Source: an uncultured Candidatus Actinomarina sp. (lineage in GTDB: Bacteria > Actinomycetota > Acidimicrobiia > Actinomarinales > Actinomarinaceae). From it: DNA of 64,000 nucleotides. Positions 56,180 through 64,000 of this stretch are shown here, one piece after another. Location of the stretch: positions 10,672 through 74,671 of the forward strand of contig CACOLU010000001.1 of assembly GCA_902628045.1 (NCBI GenBank), written 5' to 3'. The number at the start of each line of letters is the position of its first letter. Position 1 is the stretch's first letter. The translations under genes and the position numbers were made by a program. The notes below the pieces were generated by a model. It was not told the origin of the DNA, made no database searches, and saw only the letters and a list, made by a program, of their open reading frames with translations.

Positions 56180-56503
56180 TTAAGTAAAAAGGTTTTTTAA
56201 TTTAGTTTTTTCAAGAGGTTTAAGTAAATAACTATCTGCTCCTACTCGTTTTGCTTGAAAACTATCCGCTTCCCTATCAATTAAGAGAACAATAGTTGAA
56301 TCAATAACTAACTCACTTCTTTTAAGCTCTCTTACCATGGAGGGTCCACCGTTATTGTTTACTTGCATGTCTATAAAAATAAAATCGTATGAAATAATCA
56401 CATCTTTTGCATCATTTAAATGAGTAAAATTACACTCAAAATCAATTAATTTTATGAGTGAATCTTTTACCCATGAGTTGTCGGTTATCAAGCAAATTTT
56501 CAC
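56180..56503 (-). CDS. stand-alone response-regulator receiver domain
   Basis: GTG start; 107 aa; FIDMQ (acceptor Asp), LLID and YLLKP blocks. The N-terminal acidic pair is incomplete (ITDN). Confidence 0.55.
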   Translation of the reverse strand: MKICLITDNSWVKDSLIKLIDFECNFTHLNDAKDVIISYDFIFIDMQVNNNGGPSMVRELKRSELVIDSTIVLLIDREADSFQAKRVGADSYLLKPLEKTKLKNLFT

Positions 56504-56544
56504 AGTTTTTAAAGAATACTATCCTATATATTTAAGTATATAAA

Positions 56545-57705
56545 ATGTTAAAACTATTACCTATATTATTTATGGCAGCACTAAACACTGTGAATGTCAA
56601 TATATTTGAAATCGAAGGTATTTTTTCAAGTGGACATATAAATGCTATTGAAAGATACATTGAAGATAACAGCAAGGGAGAAGAAAACTTCTTTGTTGTT
56701 CAGTACAATGCTTCAGACGTAAATTTAAATTCTATAGATGAACTTCATAATATTTTAAAAAATATGGATGCTCCAAAAGCAATTTGGGTAGGACCAAACA
56801 AAAGAGAAGTTGATTTGAGTCTTTTACGAAATTTTGATTTTGTAGGTTTGTCTCCTGGAACAATCATTACAAATAATGAAGGTCAAGGTTTATTTGAAAC
56901 TATTTGCGACACAAATACTTGTACCAACAATGATGTTTTAATTACAGCTGAGGAAGGTATCTACAAGGATTATTTAATTGTAGGCTCTATGGGCGCATTT
57001 GTGGAAAACATAGGAAGTCAAGAGATACCGTCAAGAATCAGGCAAATATCTTTAAGTTTCGATTTAAGCTCTGAAGAAATCAATCAAATTAGATTTATAA
57101 AACCCTCGCTTTTTGAAAGATTTTATATAGCAATATCAAATCCAGTATTCACATACTTATTTTTTGCTCTTGGTTTTGCATTAATAGGTTTAGAATTGTT
57201 TGCAATAGGACCTGGCTTAATGGCATTTAATGGGGCATTGTTAATAGCATTTTCTTCAATGACATTTCAAGAATACAACTTAAACTATATGGGTTTACTA
57301 ATTTTCTTGGTATCGTTTTTAATGTTTATAAAAGTTCTCTCTAGAGGCTTTTTTGGCCCACTTGGTGTAACAGCGCTGATAGTGATGCATAGTTCTTCAC
57401 TAATCATGTTTTCAGATTATTTACTTAGAATTAATCATTTTCTCTTATTTGGCTCTTCATCAATAATTGCCTTCTTTTACTTTATTGCAATACCTACAGT
57501 GATTAGATCTCGACTTACTACTGATACAAGTGCGATGTCATCATTGGTTAACTCTAAAGTTATTTTGGTGGAGTTAATCAACAATAATCAAGCATTAGTA
57601 AGGTTAAATGGAAAAAAAATTGTTGTTGATAGAATTGAAAACAATTCTTATACCATAAAAAATGAGTACAAACTTGTTGAAGAAGATGGAAAACTCATAA
57701 TTTAG
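56545..57705 (+). CDS. NfeD-like membrane protein (ClpP-like N-domain, TM bundle, C-terminal OB domain)
   Basis: Architecture: I.G.I...I.R.I, then 4-5 TM, then C-terminal VILVE...ALVRLNGKKIVV. No Ser-nucleophile motif where long NfeD proteases have A-S-A-G. Confidence 0.45.
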   Translation: MLKLLPILFMAALNTVNVNIFEIEGIFSSGHINAIERYIEDNSKGEENFFVVQYNASDVNLNSIDELHNILKNMDAPKAIWVGPNKREVDLSLLRNFDFVGLSPGTIITNNEGQGLFETICDTNTCTNNDVLITAEEGIYKDYLIVGSMGAFVENIGSQEIPSRIRQISLSFDLSSEEINQIRFIKPSLFERFYIAISNPVFTYLFFALGFALIGLELFAIGPGLMAFNGALLIAFSSMTFQEYNLNYMGLLIFLVSFLMFIKVLSRGFFGPLGVTALIVMHSSSLIMFSDYLLRINHFLLFGSSSIIAFFYFIAIPTVIRSRLTTDTSAMSSLVNSKVILVELINNNQALVRLNGKKIVVDRIENNSYTIKNEYKLVEEDGKLII

Positions 57706-57764
57706 AGGCTTACTTCGCGAAAAAAATCTTTTTACAGATTATTTTCAACGTTTACTGTTTTAAT

Positions 57765-58019
57765 ATGCTTCAAATTAAGGTTTCAACTTGGCAGTACGAT
57801 GCTCTTTGTAGACAACACAGCAGTAACTTATTCTTTCCACCTGCCACTTTTGAAAAAAAAGAAGACCGTGAAAAAAGAGAGGCAAAAGCAAAATCTGTTT
57901 GTAGTGGATGTCCGGTAAAGATTGAATGCCTTGAAGAAGCAAATGAAATTTCCGAACCTTTCGGTGTTTGGGGTGGCCTCAATGAGGTAGAACGAAAAAG
58001 AGAAACTATTTACAATTAA
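57765..58019 (+). CDS. whiB: WhiB-family transcriptional regulator
   Basis: W...ALC......FFP...C..CPVKIEC...GVWGG four-Cys plus G[VI]WGG pattern. Confidence 0.9.
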   Translation: MLQIKVSTWQYDALCRQHSSNLFFPPATFEKKEDREKREAKAKSVCSGCPVKIECLEEANEISEPFGVWGGLNEVERKRETIYN

Positions 58020-59695
58020 TTTATTTTCATTCTTAAACCGCTACTATCTATTTTTTTTGTTATTAACTCTCTATCTAAAAATTCCAGATATGGAATAGCA
58101 TATTTTCTTGAAAGAGACGATTTTTCTTTAAAATCTGATACTGAAAAGTTTTTTGGCAAAATGTCAATAATTTTAATTAATTGACTTCTTTGCTCTTCTG
58201 ATATAACTATTTTTTTTGAAACTCTATACAAACAATTATTTATAAATAGAGATTTAATCGCTTCTGTCTCATATTTTTTTAAGTCAATTTCATTAACATT
58301 CAATGTATCACCCAAATTAGATTTAATTTCTGTAAGAAGCTGGGTATCTATATCTAATATTTTATTTTCTATAATTTGATCTTTTTGAATATTTATAGAT
58401 TCAAAGTCAACGAAAAGCTTTTTTAATTCTTCTTCCTCTATATAAAAGTTTTTATAAAAATAATTATTAACACCAAATTTGTTAATTTTGTATATATTGG
58501 TTTTAATGTTTTCCTCTAAATATTTCAATTCATTATTTTTTATATAGAAATTTTCAATTTTTTTGTAATCGTCATAGTTACTTTCTAATAGATTTTCTGG
58601 AATCAAAGTAAATATATCTTTTGAAGTTATATTATTTTTCATCCGAGATTCTTTGATTATTTTTTTTATCAAGTAATTATTATTTGTTGAGTACAGAACA
58701 CTTCCTCCACTAAAAGTATTTTTAGATAAGTTATGTATTAATATTTTTTGAAAATCTAGGACAGGAATACTTTTTTCCAGATGCACAAGCACTATTGTTT
58801 TGTTATTAATTTTGATAGTTTTAAAATTTTTTATTGTCTGGGTTTTTGTACCAACATAAATTCTTAAAGTTCCTTTTTCCGAGAATAATCTGGTATCAGT
58901 ATTTGGTTTAACAAATAAGAAAGTTTTCTCTTTCAATAATTGGTTAGTTAACAAACTGCCTTTTTTTGCTTTACTTTTATTATTTTTTAAAGATAATGCA
59001 ATTCTTGATGAAGATAAGATTGAAGAAGTCAATTTTTGACCTAAACTCTCGATTTCCCGTATATCTAATTGATTGTGCTGATCATCTACAAAAACATTTT
59101 TAAAATCCATATTCTTACTTGCAGTTCCAGTAATTACTTTTCCAATTCCCTCAATGGAAAAAACCCTATCAACCCATAAAGAAGGTGGATTGATATTTAT
59201 TTCAGATTTGCTGAAGAATTCATAAATATTTTTTTTTACTATTTTTTTGTCACTATTTATCGAACTAAACTCAATCACCCCAAAATTAATTTCTTTAAAG
59301 TCAATCAATTTATTTTTTAAATCATTTTTACTAAATACAATTTCTTTTTTATCTATTTTTGTTAGAAAAAAGAGAAGATTATTAACACCTAGATTTAAGA
59401 GTGACAAAAAATGTTCTTCTGATTGTTGAGACCAGCCCTGAGTTGAGTCAATACAGAACAAAACACCATCAACGTTGGAAAAACCACTAACAGTATTTTT
59501 AAAATAATCTGAATGACCTGGCACATCAACAATTGAAAATCGTTTTTCTTCAAAGTCAAAATACGTATAACCAAGATTAATGGTGAGGCCTCTTTGTTTT
59601 TCTTCTTTTAAACGATCAGTTTCTTGTCCAGTTAAGAAATTTACTAATGTAGATTTACCATGATCAACATGGCCAGCTGTCGCCAATACGGTCAT
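58016..59695 (-). CDS. selB: selenocysteine-specific elongation factor
   Basis: TAGHVDHGKSTL, DRL.EEK.RG.TI.LG and VDVPGH motifs. 559 aa with a long N/K/I-rich C-terminal half. ATGA overlap with selA. Confidence 0.8.
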   Translation of the reverse strand: MTVLATAGHVDHGKSTLVNFLTGQETDRLKEEKQRGLTINLGYTYFDFEEKRFSIVDVPGHSDYFKNTVSGFSNVDGVLFCIDSTQGWSQQSEEHFLSLLNLGVNNLLFFLTKIDKKEIVFSKNDLKNKLIDFKEINFGVIEFSSINSDKKIVKKNIYEFFSKSEININPPSLWVDRVFSIEGIGKVITGTASKNMDFKNVFVDDQHNQLDIREIESLGQKLTSSILSSSRIALSLKNNKSKAKKGSLLTNQLLKEKTFLFVKPNTDTRLFSEKGTLRIYVGTKTQTIKNFKTIKINNKTIVLVHLEKSIPVLDFQKILIHNLSKNTFSGGSVLYSTNNNYLIKKIIKESRMKNNITSKDIFTLIPENLLESNYDDYKKIENFYIKNNELKYLEENIKTNIYKINKFGVNNYFYKNFYIEEEELKKLFVDFESINIQKDQIIENKILDIDTQLLTEIKSNLGDTLNVNEIDLKKYETEAIKSLFINNCLYRVSKKIVISEEQRSQLIKIIDILPKNFSVSDFKEKSSLSRKYAIPYLEFLDRELITKKIDSSGLRMKIN

Positions 59696-60987
59696 ATTGA
59701 ATTCAGAAATTTTGCAATTTCATTATCTTGACTTTCGAATACACTTCTCAAATCAATGTTGATTTTTCCATTAACTACCCTAGGAATAATTGGATATTCG
59801 TTACTTACTAATTTCTCTAAAACTTTTTCTGATTCATCAATATCTAGAACTATTACAGGTGAACTTAGAGTAATGTTTGGGAGCGTTCCACCACCAATTA
59901 AGCTTTCACCATTAATAATTTTATATTCTAAGTTACTTTTCTTAATAATTTTTTGAATTCTATTCTCTAGCTGCGAATATGTGTTTTTTAAAAGGTTCCA
60001 AAACGGAATATTTTCTTCATTTTTTTGAATATATAATTCTGTAGTTTTTTGAAGTTCATACAAAACTATATCTGAGCATCTGTATGTTCTGAAGATACTG
60101 AAACTTTTTATTGATTCTATTAGTTTGTACTTTCCTGCAATAATTCCAGACTGTACAGAGCCAAATAACTTATCTCCAGAGAACATCACAATATCGACAC
60201 CATCTTTTATCGATTGTTGAACTCTAGGCTCTTTTTTAAATATGGATAGACTGTGTTTCTCAAGAAAAGATTCCTCAACCACTAAACCGCTACCAAGATC
60301 ATGGAGAAGTAATGTTTCATATTTGTTTTTTAAATCAACTAGTTCACTGAGGCTAACTTCTTCAGTGAAACCACTAATTGAAAAATTACTTCTGTGAACT
60401 TTTAATACCACAGAGTTGGGATGTTCTTTTAGGGCTTTTTCATAGTCACCCAAACGAGTTTTATTTGTTGTGCCAACTTCAATTAAATTCATACCTGTTT
60501 CAGAAATGATGTCTGGAAGCCTGTACGAGCCTCCAATTTCAATAATTTCACCTCGAGAAACTATGACAGTGTCTTTGTTATGTATTTTTGTTAAGCACAG
60601 TAATGAAAGATAAAGAGAAGAGGCATTATTGTTAACAAAAGCTACATTTTCAACATTTAATAAAATCTTCATAGATTCTGTTAAGTATTCATTGCGATTG
60701 CCCCTTGACGCAGTTGTTAAGTCATACTCTATATTTGTATACATTCCTGAAAAAGATATATTTACTGGAGATCTACCTAAATTTGTGTGAAGTACAGTAC
60801 CAGTGGCATTTATAATTTCTTTTTGTTTTTTCAAACTAAGCTTATTGATTAATTGTTCAAACTCTTTTTTTGCATCTTCAGGATCTTTATTTACCGAAAG
60901 TATATTTTTTGCAAATTCGACTTTTATATCTCTTGGAAGGTTGGAATTCGTTGACTCAACTAGTTTATTTACGGAAATATTTTCCAT
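59692..60987 (-). CDS. selA: L-seryl-tRNA(Sec) selenium transferase
   Basis: INATGTVLHTNLGRS and FSGDKLFGSVQSGIIAGK (PLP Lys) motifs. Confidence 0.9.
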   Translation of the reverse strand: MENISVNKLVESTNSNLPRDIKVEFAKNILSVNKDPEDAKKEFEQLINKLSLKKQKEIINATGTVLHTNLGRSPVNISFSGMYTNIEYDLTTASRGNRNEYLTESMKILLNVENVAFVNNNASSLYLSLLCLTKIHNKDTVIVSRGEIIEIGGSYRLPDIISETGMNLIEVGTTNKTRLGDYEKALKEHPNSVVLKVHRSNFSISGFTEEVSLSELVDLKNKYETLLLHDLGSGLVVEESFLEKHSLSIFKKEPRVQQSIKDGVDIVMFSGDKLFGSVQSGIIAGKYKLIESIKSFSIFRTYRCSDIVLYELQKTTELYIQKNEENIPFWNLLKNTYSQLENRIQKIIKKSNLEYKIINGESLIGGGTLPNITLSSPVIVLDIDESEKVLEKLVSNEYPIIPRVVNGKINIDLRSVFESQDNEIAKFLNSI

Positions 60988-62114
60988 TATTTTGAAAGCT
61001 CTTCAAAAACCTTTGCTAAACGGCCAGTACAGGTTTCATCAACTATTGGAGGTAGCTTATTAGCTATTACAGAAATGAGTTTTTCAATTTCTATTTTAGT
61101 TGGAGTGTTTTTTTCTTGAAGAATTAAAGGCGTACCATCATCAGCAATATCATTTGTATCTTCACTAATAGGAATTCTACCCAGTATTGGAAGTGAGAAT
61201 TTTTCTGCTAGCGCATCTCCTCCTCCTTTGCCAAATATATTAAACTTATCACCGCTACTTGTTTCAAAATATGACATATTTTCAATAACACCTAAAAGAG
61301 GTATAAAACTTCTTTTTGCCATATCAGCAACTCTAGTCGCAACTTTTTGTGCCATAAGCTGAGGAGTTGTGACGACAATGAGTTCTGCTTGAGGAAGTAA
61401 TCTACTTAATGCCATTTGAATATCACCAGTACCAGGTGGTAGATCGATAATTAGATAATCAAGATCTCCCCAGTCGACATTTGTCAGAAACTGTTCCAAT
61501 GCTTTACTTAACATTAATCCACGCCACATAAGCGCAGTGTCTTCGTCGCTAGTAATTAACCCTGTTGAAATGACTTTTAGATTTTCATAATCATATGGAA
61601 TCATCAGTTTCTCATCGTTCGCTTCAATTCTTCCATTAATTCCTAAAAGTCGAGGAATAGAAAATCCCCAAATGTCAGCATCCAGAAGACCAGTTTGGAA
61701 TCCTTTTTTTGATAAACCAAGTGCAATATTTGTTGATAGAGTTGACTTTCCAACTCCACCTTTTCCACTACCTATTGCAATAACTCTAGTTCTTGGATCA
61801 ACTTTTGTTGGTTGGGCATTCTCTCTTGATTTCTTTCTTGCTTTTTCCATAACTGCTGTTCTATCCTCTTGATCCATAGCAACAACATTAATTTCAACTG
61901 TTTCAACATTTTCAAGTAAAGACAGTTTTCTAGTGATTTCCTTTTCAATTTGATTTCTCATTGGACAGTCAGCAATTGTTAAAGCAAGGTCTATTTTGAC
62001 AGTTGATCCTTCATGATCAACTGCTTTAACCATTCCAAGCTCTACAATATTTGCCCCTAATTCAGGATCAAACACTGTAGATAGGTGTTTGAGCAATATA
62101 TCACTTTGTGTCAT
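60987..62114 (-). CDS. apbC: Mrp/ApbC Fe-S cluster carrier ATPase with N-terminal DUF59 domain
   Basis: DPELG.NIVELGMV (DUF59), GSGKGGVGKST, D.PPGTGD and a CPxC-like region. Confidence 0.9.
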   Translation of the reverse strand: MTQSDILLKHLSTVFDPELGANIVELGMVKAVDHEGSTVKIDLALTIADCPMRNQIEKEITRKLSLLENVETVEINVVAMDQEDRTAVMEKARKKSRENAQPTKVDPRTRVIAIGSGKGGVGKSTLSTNIALGLSKKGFQTGLLDADIWGFSIPRLLGINGRIEANDEKLMIPYDYENLKVISTGLITSDEDTALMWRGLMLSKALEQFLTNVDWGDLDYLIIDLPPGTGDIQMALSRLLPQAELIVVTTPQLMAQKVATRVADMAKRSFIPLLGVIENMSYFETSSGDKFNIFGKGGGDALAEKFSLPILGRIPISEDTNDIADDGTPLILQEKNTPTKIEIEKLISVIANKLPPIVDETCTGRLAKVFEELSK

Positions 62115-62191
62115 ATAGGTATTCTAAGTACATTTGTGAAAGATGTAATTATTAATTTATTGAATATGTGTTTTCTTGTTATAATTACCTC

Positions 62192-62539
62192 ATGGATATA
62201 CAAATTAAATCATCAAGAGCAGTGTTGGCAACAGACAGTGCTGTAAAAAAGCTTGTAGAACTTAAATCTGAAGAGACAGCAAAGGATAGCTTTCTAAGAA
62301 TGGGTGTAAAACCTGGGGGTTGTTCTGGCTACTCTTACGAAATGTTCTTCGATACAGATAAATTTGATGGTGACATAATTGAAGAGTACGATGGTGTCAA
62401 TATTGTTGTTGACGGACAGAGCCTAGAGCATATTAAAGGTGCAACTCTAGATTATAAAGAGGGCTTAATGGAAACAGGTTTTTCTATTGATAATCCAAAT
62501 GTATCTAGAACATGTGGTTGCGGTAATAGCTTTAGTTAA
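62192..62539 (+). CDS. erpA: HesB/IscA/ErpA-type iron-sulfur cluster insertion protein
   Basis: GGCSGY and C-terminal CGCG.SF motifs. Start set to the ATG at 62192. Confidence 0.85.
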   Translation: MDIQIKSSRAVLATDSAVKKLVELKSEETAKDSFLRMGVKPGGCSGYSYEMFFDTDKFDGDIIEEYDGVNIVVDGQSLEHIKGATLDYKEGLMETGFSIDNPNVSRTCGCGNSFS

Positions 62540-63161
62540 ATTTATAGCCGACTGAGTGTACTGTTTTAATCCAATCATTTCTTTGGTCACCAAGTTTTGC
62601 TCTTAGTCTTCTAACATGAACATCGACTGTTCTTGCACCACCAAAATAGTCATATCCCCAAACTTTTTCTAAGAGTTGCTCTCTAGACCAAACATTCTCT
62701 TGATTAACAACAAAAAACTTTAGTAACTCGTATTCCATAAATGTTAAATCAAGCAATGTATCGCCAGCTTTTGCTTCATACGTTTTTAAATTAATATTCA
62801 GATCTTTAAATTCAAGTATTTCTGAATTGCTATCTCCAACAAGTGCATGAACTCTAGCACCAACTTCCTCTAATTTGCTATTACTTGAAATTAATTCGAT
62901 TTGAGGGTTTTGAATTAGGTCAACTGTTTGTTCAAAATCTACATCATTAACAATAATTAATGTTGGAAATGGTTTATTTGAAGATTCTAAATCTGACAAA
63001 TTTTTCTTAGTTTCTCCATATTTAGAAAGAGATGTTACAACTAAATTAATTTGCTTTGGGTTTTTTATATTCTTGATGACGAGTTTTTTAATACCAGAAG
63101 CCTTTAATAAATCTTCTAAGTTTTTATGTTCTTTATCTATGTTTATATATGTGTCTATCAT
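62532..63161 (-). CDS. OmpR-family regulator with atypical receiver domain (GlnR-like)
   Basis: C-terminal winged helix LT..EY.LL.FF......SREQLL..VWGYDYFGG.RTVDVHV.RLR.KL.....I.TV...GYKF. The N-domain lacks a recognisable acidic pocket. Start set to Met at 63161, because the longer ORF would overlap glnII. Confidence 0.6.
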   Translation of the reverse strand: MIDTYINIDKEHKNLEDLLKASGIKKLVIKNIKNPKQINLVVTSLSKYGETKKNLSDLESSNKPFPTLIIVNDVDFEQTVDLIQNPQIELISSNSKLEEVGARVHALVGDSNSEILEFKDLNINLKTYEAKAGDTLLDLTFMEYELLKFFVVNQENVWSREQLLEKVWGYDYFGGARTVDVHVRRLRAKLGDQRNDWIKTVHSVGYKFN

Positions 63162-63224
63162 CTTGAAACAATTATTTAATAATTCTGTAACAACATTGCT
63201 TGAAATATATATTACATTATTTTC

Positions 63225-64000
63225 ATGAAGATAAAAGCAGAATATATATGGATTGACGGTCAAACTCCAACCGCAAAATTAAGGAGTAAAACAAAAATAA
63301 TCGATCAAGGAACAGAACCTCCTATTTGGGGTTTCGATGGGTCTAGTACTCAACAAGCAACGGGTGACCAATCTGATTGTGTGTTAAAGCCAGTTTCACA
63401 ATTTCCTGATCCAATCAGAGGTGGAGAAAATATTTTGGTGATGTGTGAAGTAATGAATGTAGACATGACTCCTCATGCATCAAATACCAGAGCTGCATTA
63501 GTAGAGTCAGCTGAAAATTTCGGTGAATTTGAACCTTGGTTTGGAATGGAACAAGAGTATACATTTTACGAGCAGTCTTATGACTCACTTAAATATGGTC
63601 AACCTTTAGGATTTCCTCCATCAGGATATCCAGCTCCTCAGGGTGGTTATTACTGTGGTGTTGGTGCTGACGAAGTTTATGGAAGAGAAATCTCTGAAGC
63701 TCATGCAACTGCTTGCATGGACGCTGGGTTAGGTATTTCAGGGACAAATGCTGAAGTTATGCCTGGTCAGTGGGAGTTTCAAATTGGACCCGTAGGAGCA
63801 CCAGATATTGGTGACCAAATTTGGGTTGCAAGATGGTTACTATACAGAATTGCTGAAGATTGGAATATATCTGCAACACTAGATCCAAAACCGGTAAAAG
63901 GTGATTGGAATGGTGCTGGTATGCATACCAACTTTTCAACTAAACAAATGAGGGAAGATGGTGGATATGATGCCATAGTTGCAGGTTGTGAAGCTCTTGG
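63225..64000 (+). CDS. glnII: glutamine synthetase type II, N-terminal approx. 258 aa (3' end outside window)
   Basis: My own translation: MKIKAEYIWIDGQTPTAKLRSKTK...WGFDGSST...MPGQWEFQIGP...GDWNGAGMHTNFST. Open to the window end, hence absent from the ORF track. Confidence 0.9.
   Translation, partial: MKIKAEYIWIDGQTPTAKLRSKTKIIDQGTEPPIWGFDGSSTQQATGDQSDCVLKPVSQFPDPIRGGENILVMCEVMNVDMTPHASNTRAALVESAENFGEFEPWFGMEQEYTFYEQSYDSLKYGQPLGFPPSGYPAPQGGYYCGVGADEVYGREISEAHATACMDAGLGISGTNAEVMPGQWEFQIGPVGAPDIGDQIWVARWLLYRIAEDWNISATLDPKPVKGDWNGAGMHTNFSTKQMREDGGYDAIVAGCEAL

Noticed and set aside
1-64000. In-frame TGA (selenocysteine) candidates, prompted by selA/selB.
   Set aside because: All adjacent same-strand, same-frame ORF pairs I checked are separated by TAA or TAG, not TGA. 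Examples are 55/373, 373/1285, 1285/2488, 5182/5848, 30363/30786, 48501/49755, 52966/54040, 20956/21352 and 54592/54901. The redox proteins present (ArsC, MsrA, Trx-fold, TrhO) all carry Cys at their active sites.
1-64000. Prophage, genomic island, integrase/transposase, tRNA or rRNA genes.
   Set aside because: No translated ORF shows integrase, transposase or phage structural motifs. No intergenic segment has tRNA-like GC-rich cloverleaf potential or rRNA-like sequence.

Overview
AT-rich (about one-third G+C by eye), densely coded bacterial chromosomal window with about 85 CDS. Most genes abut or overlap by 1-4 nt. I found no rRNA, tRNA, CRISPR array, integrase or transposase. Actinobacterial hallmarks are a WhiB regulator (57765-58019), the rpsF-ssb-rpsR-rplI-dnaB block (42076-44902), and a GlnR-like atypical OmpR regulator divergent from a type II glutamine synthetase (62532-64000). 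The low G+C suggests a streamlined planktonic actinobacterium (Actinomarinales-like); that assignment is inference only. Other recognisable content: a PPi-type phosphofructokinase with an aldolase-like partner, nfo-lysA, a nucleoside/queuosine salvage island (33.6-41.0 kb), and a mannitol PTS locus (ptsI, split EIIC/EIIB/EIIA, mtlD, ptsH). There is also a mrp-selA-selB operon and assorted transporters and lipid acyltransferases. The most interesting candidates: (1) a seven-gene locus (4057-9807) in which four paralogous acidic lipoproteins flank a MacAB/YknXYZ-like ABC exporter; each carries two copies of an unassigned 2-Cys module. (2) Two tandem structured RNA-like units (17.2-17.5 kb) with covarying stems, GCAA-capped hairpins and a shared identical 37-nt terminator-like hairpin. 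(3) selA/selB with no selenoprotein gene, selC or selD visible in the window. (4) Qng1 + nucleoside hydrolase + YhhQ queuosine-salvage genes in an actinobacterial context. All functional calls rest on motif recognition in the supplied translations. No database search was run.
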